Below are positions 24,448 to 34,509 of a stretch of 64,000 bases of DNA, one piece after another. This DNA is from a virus: the IMG/VR virus record IMGVR_UViG_3300034782_000053; one strand, written 5' to 3'. The position numbers were made by a program, and so were the translations under genes. Position 1 is the stretch's first letter, and each line of letters opens with the position of its first letter. Below the pieces are notes generated by a model. That model saw only the letters and a program-made list of their open reading frames with translations. It was not told the origin of the DNA and made no database searches.

Positions 24448-24734
24448 AGGTCTGGGAAGAATCTCAAGAAGACGGGGGTCTTCTCTCCATGATAGCCGCC
24501 CTCGATGTTGAACTCGAAGTGTTCGTGGGCTTCCTCGAAGGTTAATCCGTCTTCGATTAACTTCTCGATGATGAGATCCGTGGAGTATACGATCCTGTCG
24601 CCAGGCCCCGGAGTGTAGCAAAAACCGATGATGCAGGTGTCGAAGCCGTCAGCAGTGAGGACCGGCCCCATGTCTTTGAGTTGGCGCCGTATTTCCGCGA
24701 CCTCTTCCTCGGTCTTCCTGCGAAGCTCTTTCAT
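24444..24734 (-). CDS. hypothetical protein (96 aa)
   Basis: ORF in operon context. Confidence 0.4.
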   Translation of the reverse strand: MKELRRKTEEEVAEIRRQLKDMGPVLTADGFDTCIIGFCYTPGPGDRIVYSTDLIIEKLIEDGLTFEEAHEHFEFNIEGGYHGEKTPVFLRFFPDL

Positions 24735-25303
24735 GTTTGGCCACTGTCTCCCTGGTAGGAACGTCGTTTCCGGCGCCGCTGGGGAGGTCGTCCCCGCCCG
24801 CCGCTGCTTCTGTTGCGGTAGGGCGGTCTCTCCTGGCGCTCCTTGCGGGCCTCGCCATTGCTGGACTCGCTCTTCTCCTGATCCCGCTTGAAGGTGGCAT
24901 TCCTGTCGCGAACCTCGTCGAATGCTTCGAGAAAATCGCTCCTGTAGTCGTGCACTATATCGAGCAGCTCTCTGAAGGCGCGGGTGGACAGTCGGATATA
25001 ATGCTTGTCGATCTTGAGGGTGGCGTTGATTCGGAAGAAGCCTTCGTCGCCGCCGACAAATACGGGGCGCTCGATGGTGACCTCTACCAGCAGAGGCACA
25101 CGGTTGATGTCACGCTCTACGCGGCACACGGTGCGAATTTTCCGCCAGTAGTCGATGTGGGGGCGGCTGGTTTGTGGCTGATTGTTTTGGTCGTTCATTG
25201 GAATTCCTGTTGGTTTAGAACGGAATATCGGGATCGCTTTCCTCTTCTTTTTCCTCTCCGAATAGGGCTCCTTGTCCTTCTGGTTGCTTCTTCTCGAATT
25301 CAA
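24731..25303 (-). CDS. hypothetical protein with Arg-rich C-terminal tail
   Basis: ORF; basic low-complexity C-terminus (RPPYRNRSSGGRGRPPQRRRKRR). Confidence 0.4.
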   Translation of the reverse strand: MNSRRSNQKDKEPYSERKKKRKAIPIFRSKPTGIPMNDQNNQPQTSRPHIDYWRKIRTVCRVERDINRVPLLVEVTIERPVFVGGDEGFFRINATLKIDKHYIRLSTRAFRELLDIVHDYRSDFLEAFDEVRDRNATFKRDQEKSESSNGEARKERQERPPYRNRSSGGRGRPPQRRRKRRSYQGDSGQT

Positions 25304-26042
25304 TCTCTAGTACAGACCAGTCGATCGATTCGATAAGTTTGGTGATCATGGCGTCGTTCTTGGCGAGCGCCTTGCTTTTGATGCTGTGTAGCAGGTTGTT
25401 GTGAGTAACGGTGGCGATCTTTCCCATTACGTGCATGAGACGCAGAAGAACGTATGCTTCCTGTATGACATCGCATTGGCCGTAGGAATAGACCGTCTCC
25501 AGCTCACCCTTTTCGACCAGCTCGAAAACGTCGTCGCCGGCAACGTCGAACTTTCCAGGCAAGCCGATGAGCTGGGCGTAGTAGTCAAGCTTGGCTCGCC
25601 AAGATGCCCCGTGGCCAGTGAGCTTGTCAGAGAGGTCGATGTGTCGATTCCACTTGTAGCGGTAAGCAAAGTCGTCGTTGAAGTGCTCCGGGAAAGGGAT
25701 TCCGTAGTGCATGGCGCGATACATGATGAGCGCCATATCGAAGTTGCGACCGTTGAAGGTGACCACAGAAGGCCGGTACTCGCGGATTTGCTCAATGAAA
25801 TCTGTAATGGCCGAGCGTTCGTTGCCGGGGTCGCCGAAGGTGCCGATCCACTTGCACCTGTTGTACTCTTTGCTCAGCTCGATGAGAAGTCCAGCGTTGC
25901 ACACAATTCGGTGGCATGGAATTGGGGGGAATGCCTTTGGGTCGTCCTCTGGTGGCGCCCAGTCTATGTCCTTGTTCGGAGCAGTCTCAAGGTCCATAAC
26001 GAGGTAATACATCGGTTCTCCTTCGGGCAGTGTTAGAGCCAT
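25215..26042 (-). CDS. DEDD-family 3'-5' exonuclease (PolB-exonuclease-like, stand-alone)
   Basis: Exo I YLVMDLETAP, Exo II-like VVTFNGRNFDMAL, Exo III YSYGQCDVIQEAYVLLRL. Confidence 0.65.
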   Translation of the reverse strand: MALTLPEGEPMYYLVMDLETAPNKDIDWAPPEDDPKAFPPIPCHRIVCNAGLLIELSKEYNRCKWIGTFGDPGNERSAITDFIEQIREYRPSVVTFNGRNFDMALIMYRAMHYGIPFPEHFNDDFAYRYKWNRHIDLSDKLTGHGASWRAKLDYYAQLIGLPGKFDVAGDDVFELVEKGELETVYSYGQCDVIQEAYVLLRLMHVMGKIATVTHNNLLHSIKSKALAKNDAMITKLIESIDWSVLEIEFEKKQPEGQGALFGEEKEEESDPDIPF

Positions 26043-26254
26043 GTCTCGACGATGACCGGATCGTCGCCAGGCATGCGGTCAAGATACACCTTGTCTTGCG
26101 GAATGAAGGCGCGAATTTCTTCAAGTGTTTTCGCGGTGTGAACGTCGTTTGTCGGTTTGTCGTTCAGCCATCGGCGCACGACATAGAGCCCCGGGTAGTC
26201 CAGGGGGTTGTAGTACACGGTGTAGATCTCTACTGCGTCATTGTGTGCAGTCAT
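26033..26254 (-). CDS. hypothetical protein (73 aa)
   Basis: ORF, overlapping-start coupling with neighbours. Confidence 0.4.
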   Translation of the reverse strand: MTAHNDAVEIYTVYYNPLDYPGLYVVRRWLNDKPTNDVHTAKTLEEIRAFIPQDKVYLDRMPGDDPVIVETWL

Positions 26255-26472
26255 CGATCGACCTCAGTTGCAAGGCTTCTGTCTCCTCTCTCTCGTCGAC
26301 GCTGAGAAGGAGGTCTCGAAGCTCTTCCAGTTCCAGAAGGAAAATGACACCTGGGTCGTCTCCTGCTCGAATAGCCGACAGGGCGCTGCTCAGTGTGGAT
26401 CCGTAGCCGACGGCGTCATCGCCTCGGAGAAAAAGACCGGGCCAGTCGTCGCCAAAGCGGATTGCTCCGGAC

Positions 26473-26994
26473 TCAGGTCGCGACATCCTCCGCCCCCTCT
26501 TCCTTCTTCATGCCGCGACGGATGGCGTCAGCCATCTCAAAGGCAGCTCCTGCAATGTCGTTGAGGCTGGTGCGCTGAACGTCGTTCCAGCGCTCGATGG
26601 CACCGCGGTAGTCCTCTTCCTTGCTGATGGCGGCGATGATGCCTTTGCGATCCATGATGCCACCGACAACGGCTGTGTCGAGGCAGTCAGCGATCTTGGC
26701 TTTGTTCTCCGTTACGAAGTCGTCGACGATGCCTTTCTCCTTCATCCATTGCTCGATATAGTCATCACCGGCGAGCAAAAAGACTGGGAGAACATCTCTT
26801 CCTTCTTCGTCGGTGAGACCGAGCTTGCCTCTGCCAAGATAGAGAATGGCGGCGATGGCGACTTTTTCGTCGTCGTACTCGATGGTGATGGGGTCACTCG
26901 GGTTGCTGATTTCGTAAATCATCAGAACCATCCAAGTCGTCTGTGTATTTCGTTTACGATGAGTCCACCCACGATGGCTGGGACAAAAAGGCAA
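26473..26994 (-). CDS. hypothetical protein
   Basis: ORF; likely internal start (MVLMIYEISNPSDP). Confidence 0.4.
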   Translation of the reverse strand: MPFCPSHRGWTHRKRNTQTTWMVLMIYEISNPSDPITIEYDDEKVAIAAILYLGRGKLGLTDEEGRDVLPVFLLAGDDYIEQWMKEKGIVDDFVTENKAKIADCLDTAVVGGIMDRKGIIAAISKEEDYRGAIERWNDVQRTSLNDIAGAAFEMADAIRRGMKKEEGAEDVAT

Positions 26995-27053
26995 CCTGGG
27001 AAGGAAAGCGCCCAGTTGCGGAGATCAAACCATCCTGACGGGGGCATTGGCAT

Positions 27054-27494
27054 TTAATCCTCTATTTTTTCTAGGCCCAGAGAGCACCTTAGGTGTCTGA
27101 GCCAGTAAAGCATTCCAATGATGGAACGCACTCGCATAACGGCTGGGTTGTTGACGAAAAAGTGTTCGAGAACCTCGTCATACTCGATAACGATGACCGG
27201 CTTGTTGTGGCTGATGGCGGCGCCCAGGTCGACGAAGGAGCCTCGTCCTCCCATTCCCTTGGCCATCAGGAGGATACAGACGTCAGCGGTAACAGCGCCT
27301 TCTATGGGCTTGACTGTAAGTTGTGCGAGCTTGTCGAAAGTGGCGTCTTCCTCTTCTTTGTTTTCTTCAACCCAGTCAAAGGTGATCGTGTAACCCTCCC
27401 TGCGCAGGGCACTCATGACCTGCTCAGCAAGGTCTTTTCTCTTAAGCGTCCCTATAACGTAGACGCGGAGGCTTTTGGGTTCGAGGCTGGGCAT
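27054..27494 (-). CDS. nucleoside 2-deoxyribosyltransferase-like protein
   Basis: YVIGTLKR ... DVCILLMAKGMGGRGSFVDLGAAISHNKPVIVI resembles NDT family (DSGTAFELGYAxALGKPVI); internal ATG (MPSLEPK) assumed. Confidence 0.45.
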   Translation of the reverse strand: MPSLEPKSLRVYVIGTLKRKDLAEQVMSALRREGYTITFDWVEENKEEEDATFDKLAQLTVKPIEGAVTADVCILLMAKGMGGRGSFVDLGAAISHNKPVIVIEYDEVLEHFFVNNPAVMRVRSIIGMLYWLRHLRCSLGLEKIED

Positions 27495-27891
27495 AAAATT
27501 GTCCTTGTGCGACCCACGTCTTCGTCGCGACGTCGTAGTGGGCCAGTGATCGGTCTTCGAGCCATGCAAGCATCTGCCTGGTAATGGATCTTCCGATGTT
27601 GTTAATTGCGGTCCACGCCTTCAGATCTTTCCAGGTGCGCGGATGGCGGAGATAGTTCCACAGGGGCTTAGACCATTCAGTCCATTTTGGACTGTCAGAG
27701 CGCGGCACCACTTGTCCTTGCTTGAGAGGGACGAGCCGCCACTTCCTTGGCATCGGGCAAGTAGCACCCTCTTCTGTTATCAAAGGAGCTTGCATCGCGT
27801 AATTGTACTCGCTTAGTCCGTGGACTTCGACTGCTCGGCCCCCTTGGGGAGCGTCACGGAATCGTTCTTTATGGGCAGAGGGCCGGTCCAC
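27442..27891 (-). CDS. hypothetical protein
   Basis: ORF (149 aa), Trp-rich. Confidence 0.35.
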   Translation of the reverse strand: MDRPSAHKERFRDAPQGGRAVEVHGLSEYNYAMQAPLITEEGATCPMPRKWRLVPLKQGQVVPRSDSPKWTEWSKPLWNYLRHPRTWKDLKAWTAINNIGRSITRQMLAWLEDRSLAHYDVATKTWVAQGQFYAQPRTQKPPRLRYRDA

Positions 27892-28349
27892 TTCCAGATG
27901 GGAACTCGGCGCCCGTGCGAGCCGCTTTTGATCATGCCGACCTCTTCCCAGCCCTTCTTGCGGAAGACGACTCCCATGAAGCGCGGGTCGACGTCATCGA
28001 GCTTCTCGGCCAGCTCGGGGAACTGGCGCATGAGCTGGAAGACTATAGTCGAGGTGACGGTTCCGTGCATGATGGCGTAGGCCTGAGCGAGCTTGAACGC
28101 CTCGGCGACAAGCTCTCCTCGGTGCTCCTCAAGTTTTTCGAGAGCCTCGTCGCGCTCGATCTCCTCCTCGACGATGCGGTCCTGTTGCTCCGCTTCTGAG
28201 ACCTTCGCCGGTCCATGTCCAAATAAGTCCATCTGGTCCTTTGGCATAGGTGTCCCCTTCGGATTTGTGAGCGTCAGCCGTGCTTGTCTACTAACTTCGT
28301 CCCCAGGACGTCGTCCAGGAAGCAACGACCAACGTGTGAGCCCAGCCAC
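27813..28349 (-). CDS. hypothetical protein
   Basis: ORF (178 aa), acidic helical N-terminus. Confidence 0.4.
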   Translation of the reverse strand: MAGLTRWSLLPGRRPGDEVSRQARLTLTNPKGTPMPKDQMDLFGHGPAKVSEAEQQDRIVEEEIERDEALEKLEEHRGELVAEAFKLAQAYAIMHGTVTSTIVFQLMRQFPELAEKLDDVDPRFMGVVFRKKGWEEVGMIKSGSHGRRVPIWKWTGPLPIKNDSVTLPKGAEQSKSTD

Positions 28350-28540
28350 TGGATCACGGTTGCTGCCACCTCCGCGTCGCGGTCAGACACTTCGCCAGCA
28401 GGACGGTTGTTGTCTTTGGCGAGCAGGTAATCGAGGACGCCTCGGCCACCGTTGCGGCGTTGCCATTCGTCCGCGAATTTCTTTTCGAGAGGGTTGTCCC
28501 CGAACCTATACCTGTGGAGCCCCTTGTGTCTCGTCTCCAT
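28274..28540 (-). CDS. hypothetical protein
   Basis: ORF (88 aa). Confidence 0.35.
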   Translation of the reverse strand: METRHKGLHRYRFGDNPLEKKFADEWQRRNGGRGVLDYLLAKDNNRPAGEVSDRDAEVAATVIQWLGSHVGRCFLDDVLGTKLVDKHG

Positions 28541-28838
28541 AGTTCTCCTCGGCGAATACTTGAGCCAATTCCTGGTGGTTTCCTGTGAACAGGTCTTGGT
28601 AGAGGCGCGTGAACCGGTAGTCGACGTATGCCTTCTGTGACACGCGCTTCATGATGTTGTGAGCCCGGAGCTTGGCTTCGCCCCGGTTAATTGCTTCTAG
28701 CGTCTCTTCCCTGAAGAGACGCCAAACGCGAGGGTTCTCTTTGTGGAACTTGGCGAAGGCTTCTTCAAGCTCTTGGCCGCTGAGCTGCTTGAGCTTACGC
28801 TCCCCAAACTCGAATCCGATCTGTTCCTTGTCGTCCAT
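28506..28838 (-). CDS. hypothetical protein
   Basis: ORF (110 aa). Confidence 0.4.
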   Translation of the reverse strand: MDDKEQIGFEFGERKLKQLSGQELEEAFAKFHKENPRVWRLFREETLEAINRGEAKLRAHNIMKRVSQKAYVDYRFTRLYQDLFTGNHQELAQVFAEENYGDETQGAPQV

Positions 28839-29818
28839 TACTTCTTTCGGCGTTCCGGCATAACGGCCGTAGGTCCCTCGAAAAGCTCTTTTGGCCAGAC
28901 CTCAATGGCGTGCTGGCGAGAGCGATCGTAGCGGTTGGTGGCCCACCGGCCGTAGTTGGCGGTGCGCAGCTCTTTGATGAGCAGCTCTCCAAACACCGTT
29001 CCTTTCGGGTTCGCTTGGTCCGCTACCTTCTTTAGTCGCGTCATGGCCGGCGATGGCGCATTGACCTTGTAGTTCCACCACATGGCCATTGCGAGATCAT
29101 TGATGGGGTTGTCAGGGAATGGGTTAGGGTTGTTGATCTCGCCGCGGTATGCCAGCTCCTCGACGGTCTGTCGATCCATCTTCCTGCTTCGGTGCCGCTG
29201 GCCGAACTTGATGAGCTGTTCGTGGCCGTACTTGATTTGGATGGGGATGGTCATGGGCATCGCGAAGAGTTGGTGGAAGGCGATTGCCCACTTCTTCGCT
29301 TGGTTCCACTGCTTGCCGCGGGCCGGAACCTGTCCTCCCATTGGAGTGAAGGTGTCTCGAATGGTCTTGGTCGTAACAGCCTTGCCCGTCTCGATGATGC
29401 GGAGCACCCCGTCGTCGCCCAAGAACCAGCCTTCGTCCTCGAATGGAAGGTAATAGGGCACAGGAACAACGAAGTCGAGGCGTCGGAGCATCTTGAACAG
29501 CGTCCCCTGTTGCGACATCTGGCGCGGGTAGACTGCAACGAGCTGCTCCAGAGCGGCGGTGACGGCTGTTCCGTCGGCCATCATGACCGAGCCCGCCTTG
29601 CCTCCGCTCTCAACCATCGTCGTCAGCCAGAAGGCCCGGTCGAGGTGTGTATCGCCCATCGTGGGGATGGAATCGAAGGCGGGGACGGTTCCTCGGATGA
29701 CGGGGCCTGAGTACTTTCCGATAGAGCGCCTCAAAACCTTGGGGACTGGCACATCGACTTCAGCAGGTGTGCGAAACGGCATATTCCCCTCAAAAAATCC
29801 CGAACGCCCAAGGGTCAC
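28838..29818 (-). CDS. hypothetical protein (326 aa)
   Basis: ORF; palindromic motif GTAGCATATGCTAC at 29879-29892 lies about 60 nt upstream of its start on the minus strand. Confidence 0.5.
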   Translation of the reverse strand: MTLGRSGFFEGNMPFRTPAEVDVPVPKVLRRSIGKYSGPVIRGTVPAFDSIPTMGDTHLDRAFWLTTMVESGGKAGSVMMADGTAVTAALEQLVAVYPRQMSQQGTLFKMLRRLDFVVPVPYYLPFEDEGWFLGDDGVLRIIETGKAVTTKTIRDTFTPMGGQVPARGKQWNQAKKWAIAFHQLFAMPMTIPIQIKYGHEQLIKFGQRHRSRKMDRQTVEELAYRGEINNPNPFPDNPINDLAMAMWWNYKVNAPSPAMTRLKKVADQANPKGTVFGELLIKELRTANYGRWATNRYDRSRQHAIEVWPKELFEGPTAVMPERRKK

Positions 29819-29921
29819 GCAACGGTTGTGGATTTATGGGGATCCTCGTCCGACGCGCGACCCTGGGCATTCGAGCGTGTAGCATATGCTACCCAAGCGA
29901 CTCTGACCTGTCAAGGTGGAA

Positions 29922-30779
29922 TCACCTGATATGTTTTGGGGTGGCCTTGAATTTTCGGACGAGGGAAGCGGGGCAGGCTCTGTTTATCTCGGGTATATCG
30001 ACGCCCCACTTCTGACGAAAGTACTCTCGGTAGAGGTCGGGAGGAAAAGCCGGTCGGCACTCGTTGATGTAGTCGGGAGTGTCGCACTCTCCCGCGCCGC
30101 TGCTGTAACATCCGGGGTCGGTGCAGAGGACGGACTTGAAACCTGCCTTGGTTGCCTGCCACATTAGGTCGAAGTTGTCCATTCCGTAGCGATAATGAGG
30201 GTCTGGGCGGCATTTCATAATCAGTTCGCGTTTGAATATGGTGCAGCCAACTTCAGTGACATCGCAAACGAACCATTCGGGTCCTTCGGGTATCCGTCGG
30301 TGGGCGTGGTGCCCAACGGCTTTGACCAGGCTTGGGGCTCCATTGCTGTCTTTGTTGGCCCACCAGAGAAAGGGGCGCATTCCGGGCGGGGCGAGCATGG
30401 CGTATCCGACGTTGTGCTGGTTGGACACCTGCTCGCGCTCGAAGCAGCGCATCAGTGCGTCAAAGGCGCCCTCTTCGAAGGTGATGTCATCGTCGATCTT
30501 TGCCCAGAAGTCGAAACGCTCTTTTTCGAAGCGGGACAAGGTTATTTGGCAAGCGGGTGCAACGCCGACGTTTTCCTGAAGCTGTACGTAGGTGAGGTGT
30601 AGCTTCGGGAATTGCCTTGGATTCGGTGGACGTATCCACTGCCTTAGTGGCCCTTGAATGATCACTTCAACGTGATGCTGAAGCATCGACGCGTGATTGA
30701 GGCTGTCGAGAGTGTTAGTGAGGCACTTGCGTGTCCTCGCTGGGTGATGAAGGACCGTCGTCAGGATTCTTTGTTCCAT
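29922..30779 (-). CDS. GT-A fold glycosyltransferase-like protein
   Basis: FWAKIDDDITFEEGAFDALM (DxD-type motif); Cys-rich C-terminus. Confidence 0.45.
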   Translation of the reverse strand: MEQRILTTVLHHPARTRKCLTNTLDSLNHASMLQHHVEVIIQGPLRQWIRPPNPRQFPKLHLTYVQLQENVGVAPACQITLSRFEKERFDFWAKIDDDITFEEGAFDALMRCFEREQVSNQHNVGYAMLAPPGMRPFLWWANKDSNGAPSLVKAVGHHAHRRIPEGPEWFVCDVTEVGCTIFKRELIMKCRPDPHYRYGMDNFDLMWQATKAGFKSVLCTDPGCYSSGAGECDTPDYINECRPAFPPDLYREYFRQKWGVDIPEINRACPASLVRKFKATPKHIR

Positions 30780-30782
30780 GGG

Positions 30783-31313
30783 TCAGGCGTACTGTTTGTG
30801 CCAGTGAGGGGCCGCGTTCTCTGGAATTTCAACGCCGAAATAGAGTAGCCTCCGTTCATGCGAGTCTACGAGCTGTTCGTCGATGTTGTCCATTGTCCAG
30901 GAGTGCTGACGCCAGAGACCATCTCTGCTCAGGGCGTAGCCGGTCATGATGCTGTAGCGATCCGGGTCTGTCTCCCAAACGCGAGCTGCGTTTCCATGGC
31001 AGTTCGAGGGCTCACCTGGGACAAGGAGCATACGATTCGGGGGTAACTCAACGAAAAAACCGTAGTTGGCGATCGCCTCGATGTCAGGCTCTCCACCGGG
31101 AGGAATGAGAACGTGGTGCCCCTTGGCGCGCAGAAGCACACCGATTAGCTTCTGGTGAAGTTTTCGCTGCTTGGGTCTCATCTGGTCAAGCTTTTCTTCG
31201 GTGTTTTTATCGAGCCACCGAAGCCAATCGGCGAAGTTGGCGCGGCTGGTGTAGCCGCTGCCTCGAAACCAGCGGTCCTTGCCGCGCCCGAAGAAAAGAT
31301 CAAGCAGCCCCAT
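30783..31313 (-). CDS. hypothetical protein
   Basis: ORF (176 aa). Confidence 0.45.
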   Translation of the reverse strand: MGLLDLFFGRGKDRWFRGSGYTSRANFADWLRWLDKNTEEKLDQMRPKQRKLHQKLIGVLLRAKGHHVLIPPGGEPDIEAIANYGFFVELPPNRMLLVPGEPSNCHGNAARVWETDPDRYSIMTGYALSRDGLWRQHSWTMDNIDEQLVDSHERRLLYFGVEIPENAAPHWHKQYA

Positions 31314-31390
31314 GCGATCCTCCGTGAGAATTACTTTATCAGAGAATCAGTCATTCAGAATGTTGTTTGTTTTTGTGCCGATACTCCTTG

Positions 31391-31627
31391 TTAGCTTTTC
31401 TTCAACCAACCCTCGATCTCTTCGATTCCATCAGCGATGGGGATCGCGGGGCTTTCTTTTAGACGGATTGCTGGAACCTTCTTGATGCCAAGGGGGTGTC
31501 GTCCGTCGGGGTGTACTTCTCCTATTACCGGCTCGAAATCGAAGGCGATGTTGGCCGTTTTTAAAAGCGCCTTCGCGCGAATAGTCCAATGATTACCCTC
31601 GTATCCATAAAGGATGTAGCGTGCCAT
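31391..31627 (-). CDS. small thioredoxin/glutaredoxin-fold-like protein lacking CxxC
   Basis: Weak resemblance only (YILYGYEGNHWTIRAKALL ... VPAIRL); no active-site cysteines. Confidence 0.25.
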   Translation of the reverse strand: MARYILYGYEGNHWTIRAKALLKTANIAFDFEPVIGEVHPDGRHPLGIKKVPAIRLKESPAIPIADGIEEIEGWLKKS

Positions 31628-31684
31628 GCTATTAGTTTAACAGAAGAGAATGTAAAAAAGAGGGTGATTCGGGGTCTATTACCC

Positions 31685-32671
31685 TCAGCTCATCGCCCAG
31701 TCTGGAAGGAGCAATGGTTCCGAGGGGTTGGAATCGAGGTGCTCTTCAGGAGTGGCGCTCAGGAAGTCGTAGAGAACGAAACGATGCTTTGGAGGAAGCT
31801 TCTTTCCCCGCGAGACGATGCGCACGCCAACGTTGCGTCCCTCTAGGTCCGAGAGCAGAAGCCCCTTGTTCAGGCACTGGAGGATGAAGTCGCCGAGCTT
31901 CTTTGCCCCTGGCACAGAACGGAGGTTGGTGATGGCGTTGATGAGGTGCTGCTCTGTTTGCTGAAGCCGAGGAATTTCGTCCATGATTCTCTTGTAGGAG
32001 CAGCGCTCGGCCAGCTCGACGATGTCTTCGTTGTAGACCTTGGACCAGTACTCTACGGGGGCGAGAGCCTCTTTCAGCTCCCGGACATTTCCGGAAATGT
32101 CCGGAAAAACCTCTTCTAGCTTCTCATCCTCAATCGGCAAAATGTCTTCGCGACCGATGATGAAGATTCTTTGCTCGTCCTCTGGGATATCCTCGTCGTC
32201 CTCATAGTTGCGCTCGATGATGAAGCGAGGGATGGAAATTCCTGGATGTTGGTAGAGATCTTTATCCATCGAGATAAAGCGCCAGGCGAGCACCTCAGGG
32301 ACAGACTTCGTAATCTTGGCGACGTATCCCGAGTCATGCCCCATTGCGTGATAGACGCAGCCCTGGCCTCCGCAGGCGATAAAATCCTTTTTAACGTCGA
32401 TGGCCTCGAAGGGTGCTGTTCGAATGTCGAGCCCTTTGGCTTTTTTCTTGAGCCTTTTGGCTTTTTTTTCTGTGAGATCACGGAGCCGGGATCCGATTTC
32501 CCAGTTTATTTGCCCCCAGTCTTCCTTGATGCGGTCGTAGGTTGCATCGGAAAAAGGGAAATAATCTTCGTGGTCTTCGGGTGGTGGTAGTAGGGCTAAT
32601 CTCATACCTGGATTCCTCACGCCTGTATCTTCGACGTAGGGGAAAGCAGGTTTCGGACCAAAAAATCCCAT
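31685..32671 (-). CDS. atypical protein kinase-like protein
   Basis: Gly-rich loop IACGGQGCVYHA followed by YVAKITK (VAK lysine); later LLLSDLEGRNVGV (DLxxxN catalytic-loop-like) and LYDFLSA (DFG-like). Confidence 0.4.
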   Translation of the reverse strand: MGFFGPKPAFPYVEDTGVRNPGMRLALLPPPEDHEDYFPFSDATYDRIKEDWGQINWEIGSRLRDLTEKKAKRLKKKAKGLDIRTAPFEAIDVKKDFIACGGQGCVYHAMGHDSGYVAKITKSVPEVLAWRFISMDKDLYQHPGISIPRFIIERNYEDDEDIPEDEQRIFIIGREDILPIEDEKLEEVFPDISGNVRELKEALAPVEYWSKVYNEDIVELAERCSYKRIMDEIPRLQQTEQHLINAITNLRSVPGAKKLGDFILQCLNKGLLLSDLEGRNVGVRIVSRGKKLPPKHRFVLYDFLSATPEEHLDSNPSEPLLLPDWAMS

Positions 32672-32847
32672 GGCTACCTCCCGAAATCGATCTTCCAGTC
32701 ACCTTTGCTGAAGGCGATCTCGTAAACGTGGCGGATGCGCTTTGTCGCGCGCTCTGCGCAGTAACGGATCAAGGTGAAAGTGCTCGCGATTATTGTCCCC
32801 ATGGGTGCACTTTATCATATGTGTTACGTTAATTCAGGGAGGGACGC

Positions 32848-33174
32848 ATGGACACTGAGGGAAGAAATACTGAGGAGCTACTCGAACAGCTCGAAGAAAA
32901 AGTAAAAAAACTTTGCGATCCCGCAAAAACAAGCGCGGACCAGGCGGCGCGATCTGTCGTGAGGGCTTTGGCGAGCTACATGGGAGAAGGTGGCCGTCTT
33001 CCGCAAGCACTCACGCTGAGCATCGGCGGCTGCCTTCTTCATCACCTGGACGTCGCCGAGGACAGCGCCGATGAGGACATCAAGAGGCTCTTCGAACTCT
33101 GTGATCAAGATACCGCTGAGCTAGAGGCTGGAGAGACTGTCGATTACAGCGCCAATAGTCCTCAGGATGAATGA
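32848..33174 (+). CDS. acidic hypothetical protein
   Basis: ORF preceded by motif ATCATATGTGTTAC (32815-32827). Confidence 0.45.
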   Translation: MDTEGRNTEELLEQLEEKVKKLCDPAKTSADQAARSVVRALASYMGEGGRLPQALTLSIGGCLLHHLDVAEDSADEDIKRLFELCDQDTAELEAGETVDYSANSPQDE

Positions 33175-33241
33175 AAACCAAGTGAATCCGGCCACTTGAC
33201 AACTGTTCACTACCTGATAGCATGTGTTATACCAGGTGATC

Positions 33242-34012
33242 ATGATGAACAAGCAAGTCACAGAGTACATTGACGGCATGGGAGACAGCGGGCTCGCAGA
33301 TTTGACCCGACTGTGGCGGGATCTCACCGATCGAGGAGGGGTCTCCTACTTCATCGCCTTCAGGGTTCCGCTGGCTGCCTCTGAGGAGGCTCACAGGAGC
33401 TTCAAGGCCCGATACGATCGTCCACCTACCTGGAAAGAGATCCGCGACGAGCACGGCGTAGGGCGCTACGAGCTGGTGCTCATGGGGGCGCCCCCGAGTG
33501 AGCGTGTCTTCGGTTGGAAGAGCTGGGTCCGCAAGGGCGTCTTTGTTGCATTCCCGTGGCTCGACAACAGCGGGCAGCTCGTCCCCCGGGGCAGAGCCTG
33601 CGCGGCCATGTTCGACACGATTGATTTCGGAATGATCAAGCCCCCTGTTCCCGAGCCCCTTGGCACGCAGGAGCAGCCGGGTCTCTTCAACCCGAAGGAC
33701 GTAGCACTCCCCAAGTACGTCGCGGGGAGCGATACGTCATTCATGGCTGCTGAGAACATCGCGCCCATGATCGGCAAGCTGCAGAAGCTCGTGCTCGACG
33801 TGGTGAAGAACGAGGGCACTAACGGCGCCACCTGCGACGAGGTCGAGGTCGCCTTGGAGATGCCGCACCAGACGGCGAGCGCTCGGATCAACGAGCTGAT
33901 GGAGGCTGATGGTGAGCGTCCTCAGATGCTCTTCGATTCAGGCTCTCGACGCAAGACGCGCCACGGGCAGCTCGCCACCGTGTGGTTGCACCGCGACGTC
34001 GTTTTTGGATAG
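33242..34012 (+). CDS. hypothetical protein with C-terminal winged-helix-like region
   Basis: Track ORF begins at GTG 33224; ATG 33242 follows motif GATAGCATGTGTTATACC (33216-33233); C-terminus TASARINELMEADGERPQ... resembles wHTH. Confidence 0.4.
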   Translation: MMNKQVTEYIDGMGDSGLADLTRLWRDLTDRGGVSYFIAFRVPLAASEEAHRSFKARYDRPPTWKEIRDEHGVGRYELVLMGAPPSERVFGWKSWVRKGVFVAFPWLDNSGQLVPRGRACAAMFDTIDFGMIKPPVPEPLGTQEQPGLFNPKDVALPKYVAGSDTSFMAAENIAPMIGKLQKLVLDVVKNEGTNGATCDEVEVALEMPHQTASARINELMEADGERPQMLFDSGSRRKTRHGQLATVWLHRDVVFG

Positions 34013-34023
34013 GAGTCCTCAAG

Positions 34024-34509
34024 ATGGCAAAGAAGAATGTCCCGAATAAGGACAAACACGCCTACACCCTTCTGTCCGGGAGACAGCTTTCACTTGGCTG
34101 GCTGGACGAGATGGACATGCAGTACCTGGAAGGGCTCGCAGAGAAAGCGAAGGCCGGTGAGGACTACTTCGAGCTGCTGAAGCTCGTCCGCGGCCACGGA
34201 GCATATCCCCGAGACGGAGGATCCCTGACTCCGGAGGTGGCGCAGTCGCTGGTATTTCAAGTGGCGACGGACATCGTCGAGCGTGCCGGTATCGAGCAGG
34301 GCCTGTCAATTCATCCTCAGGATTTATTCGATATACCGCAGGAGACGCCGCTCGTCAGCATCGCCCAGGCCGCGGAGATTATCGGCTTCTCGAAGGCGGC
34401 GACTCATCAAGCCCTGATGAAGGGAAAGTTGAGGGGATGGCTTGTTGGGAATTACTGGGTGCTCGATCGATCCAGCGTCGAAAGATTCCGTGATGCGCGG
34501 GCTGCTTAG
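34024..34509 (+). CDS. HTH DNA-binding protein (excisionase/MerR-like helix-turn-helix)
   Basis: AGGAG RBS 8 nt upstream of ATG 34024; C-terminal VSIAQAAEIIGFSKAATHQALMKGKLRGWLVGNYWVL is an HTH_17-type motif. Confidence 0.45.
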   Translation: MAKKNVPNKDKHAYTLLSGRQLSLGWLDEMDMQYLEGLAEKAKAGEDYFELLKLVRGHGAYPRDGGSLTPEVAQSLVFQVATDIVERAGIEQGLSIHPQDLFDIPQETPLVSIAQAAEIIGFSKAATHQALMKGKLRGWLVGNYWVLDRSSVERFRDARAA

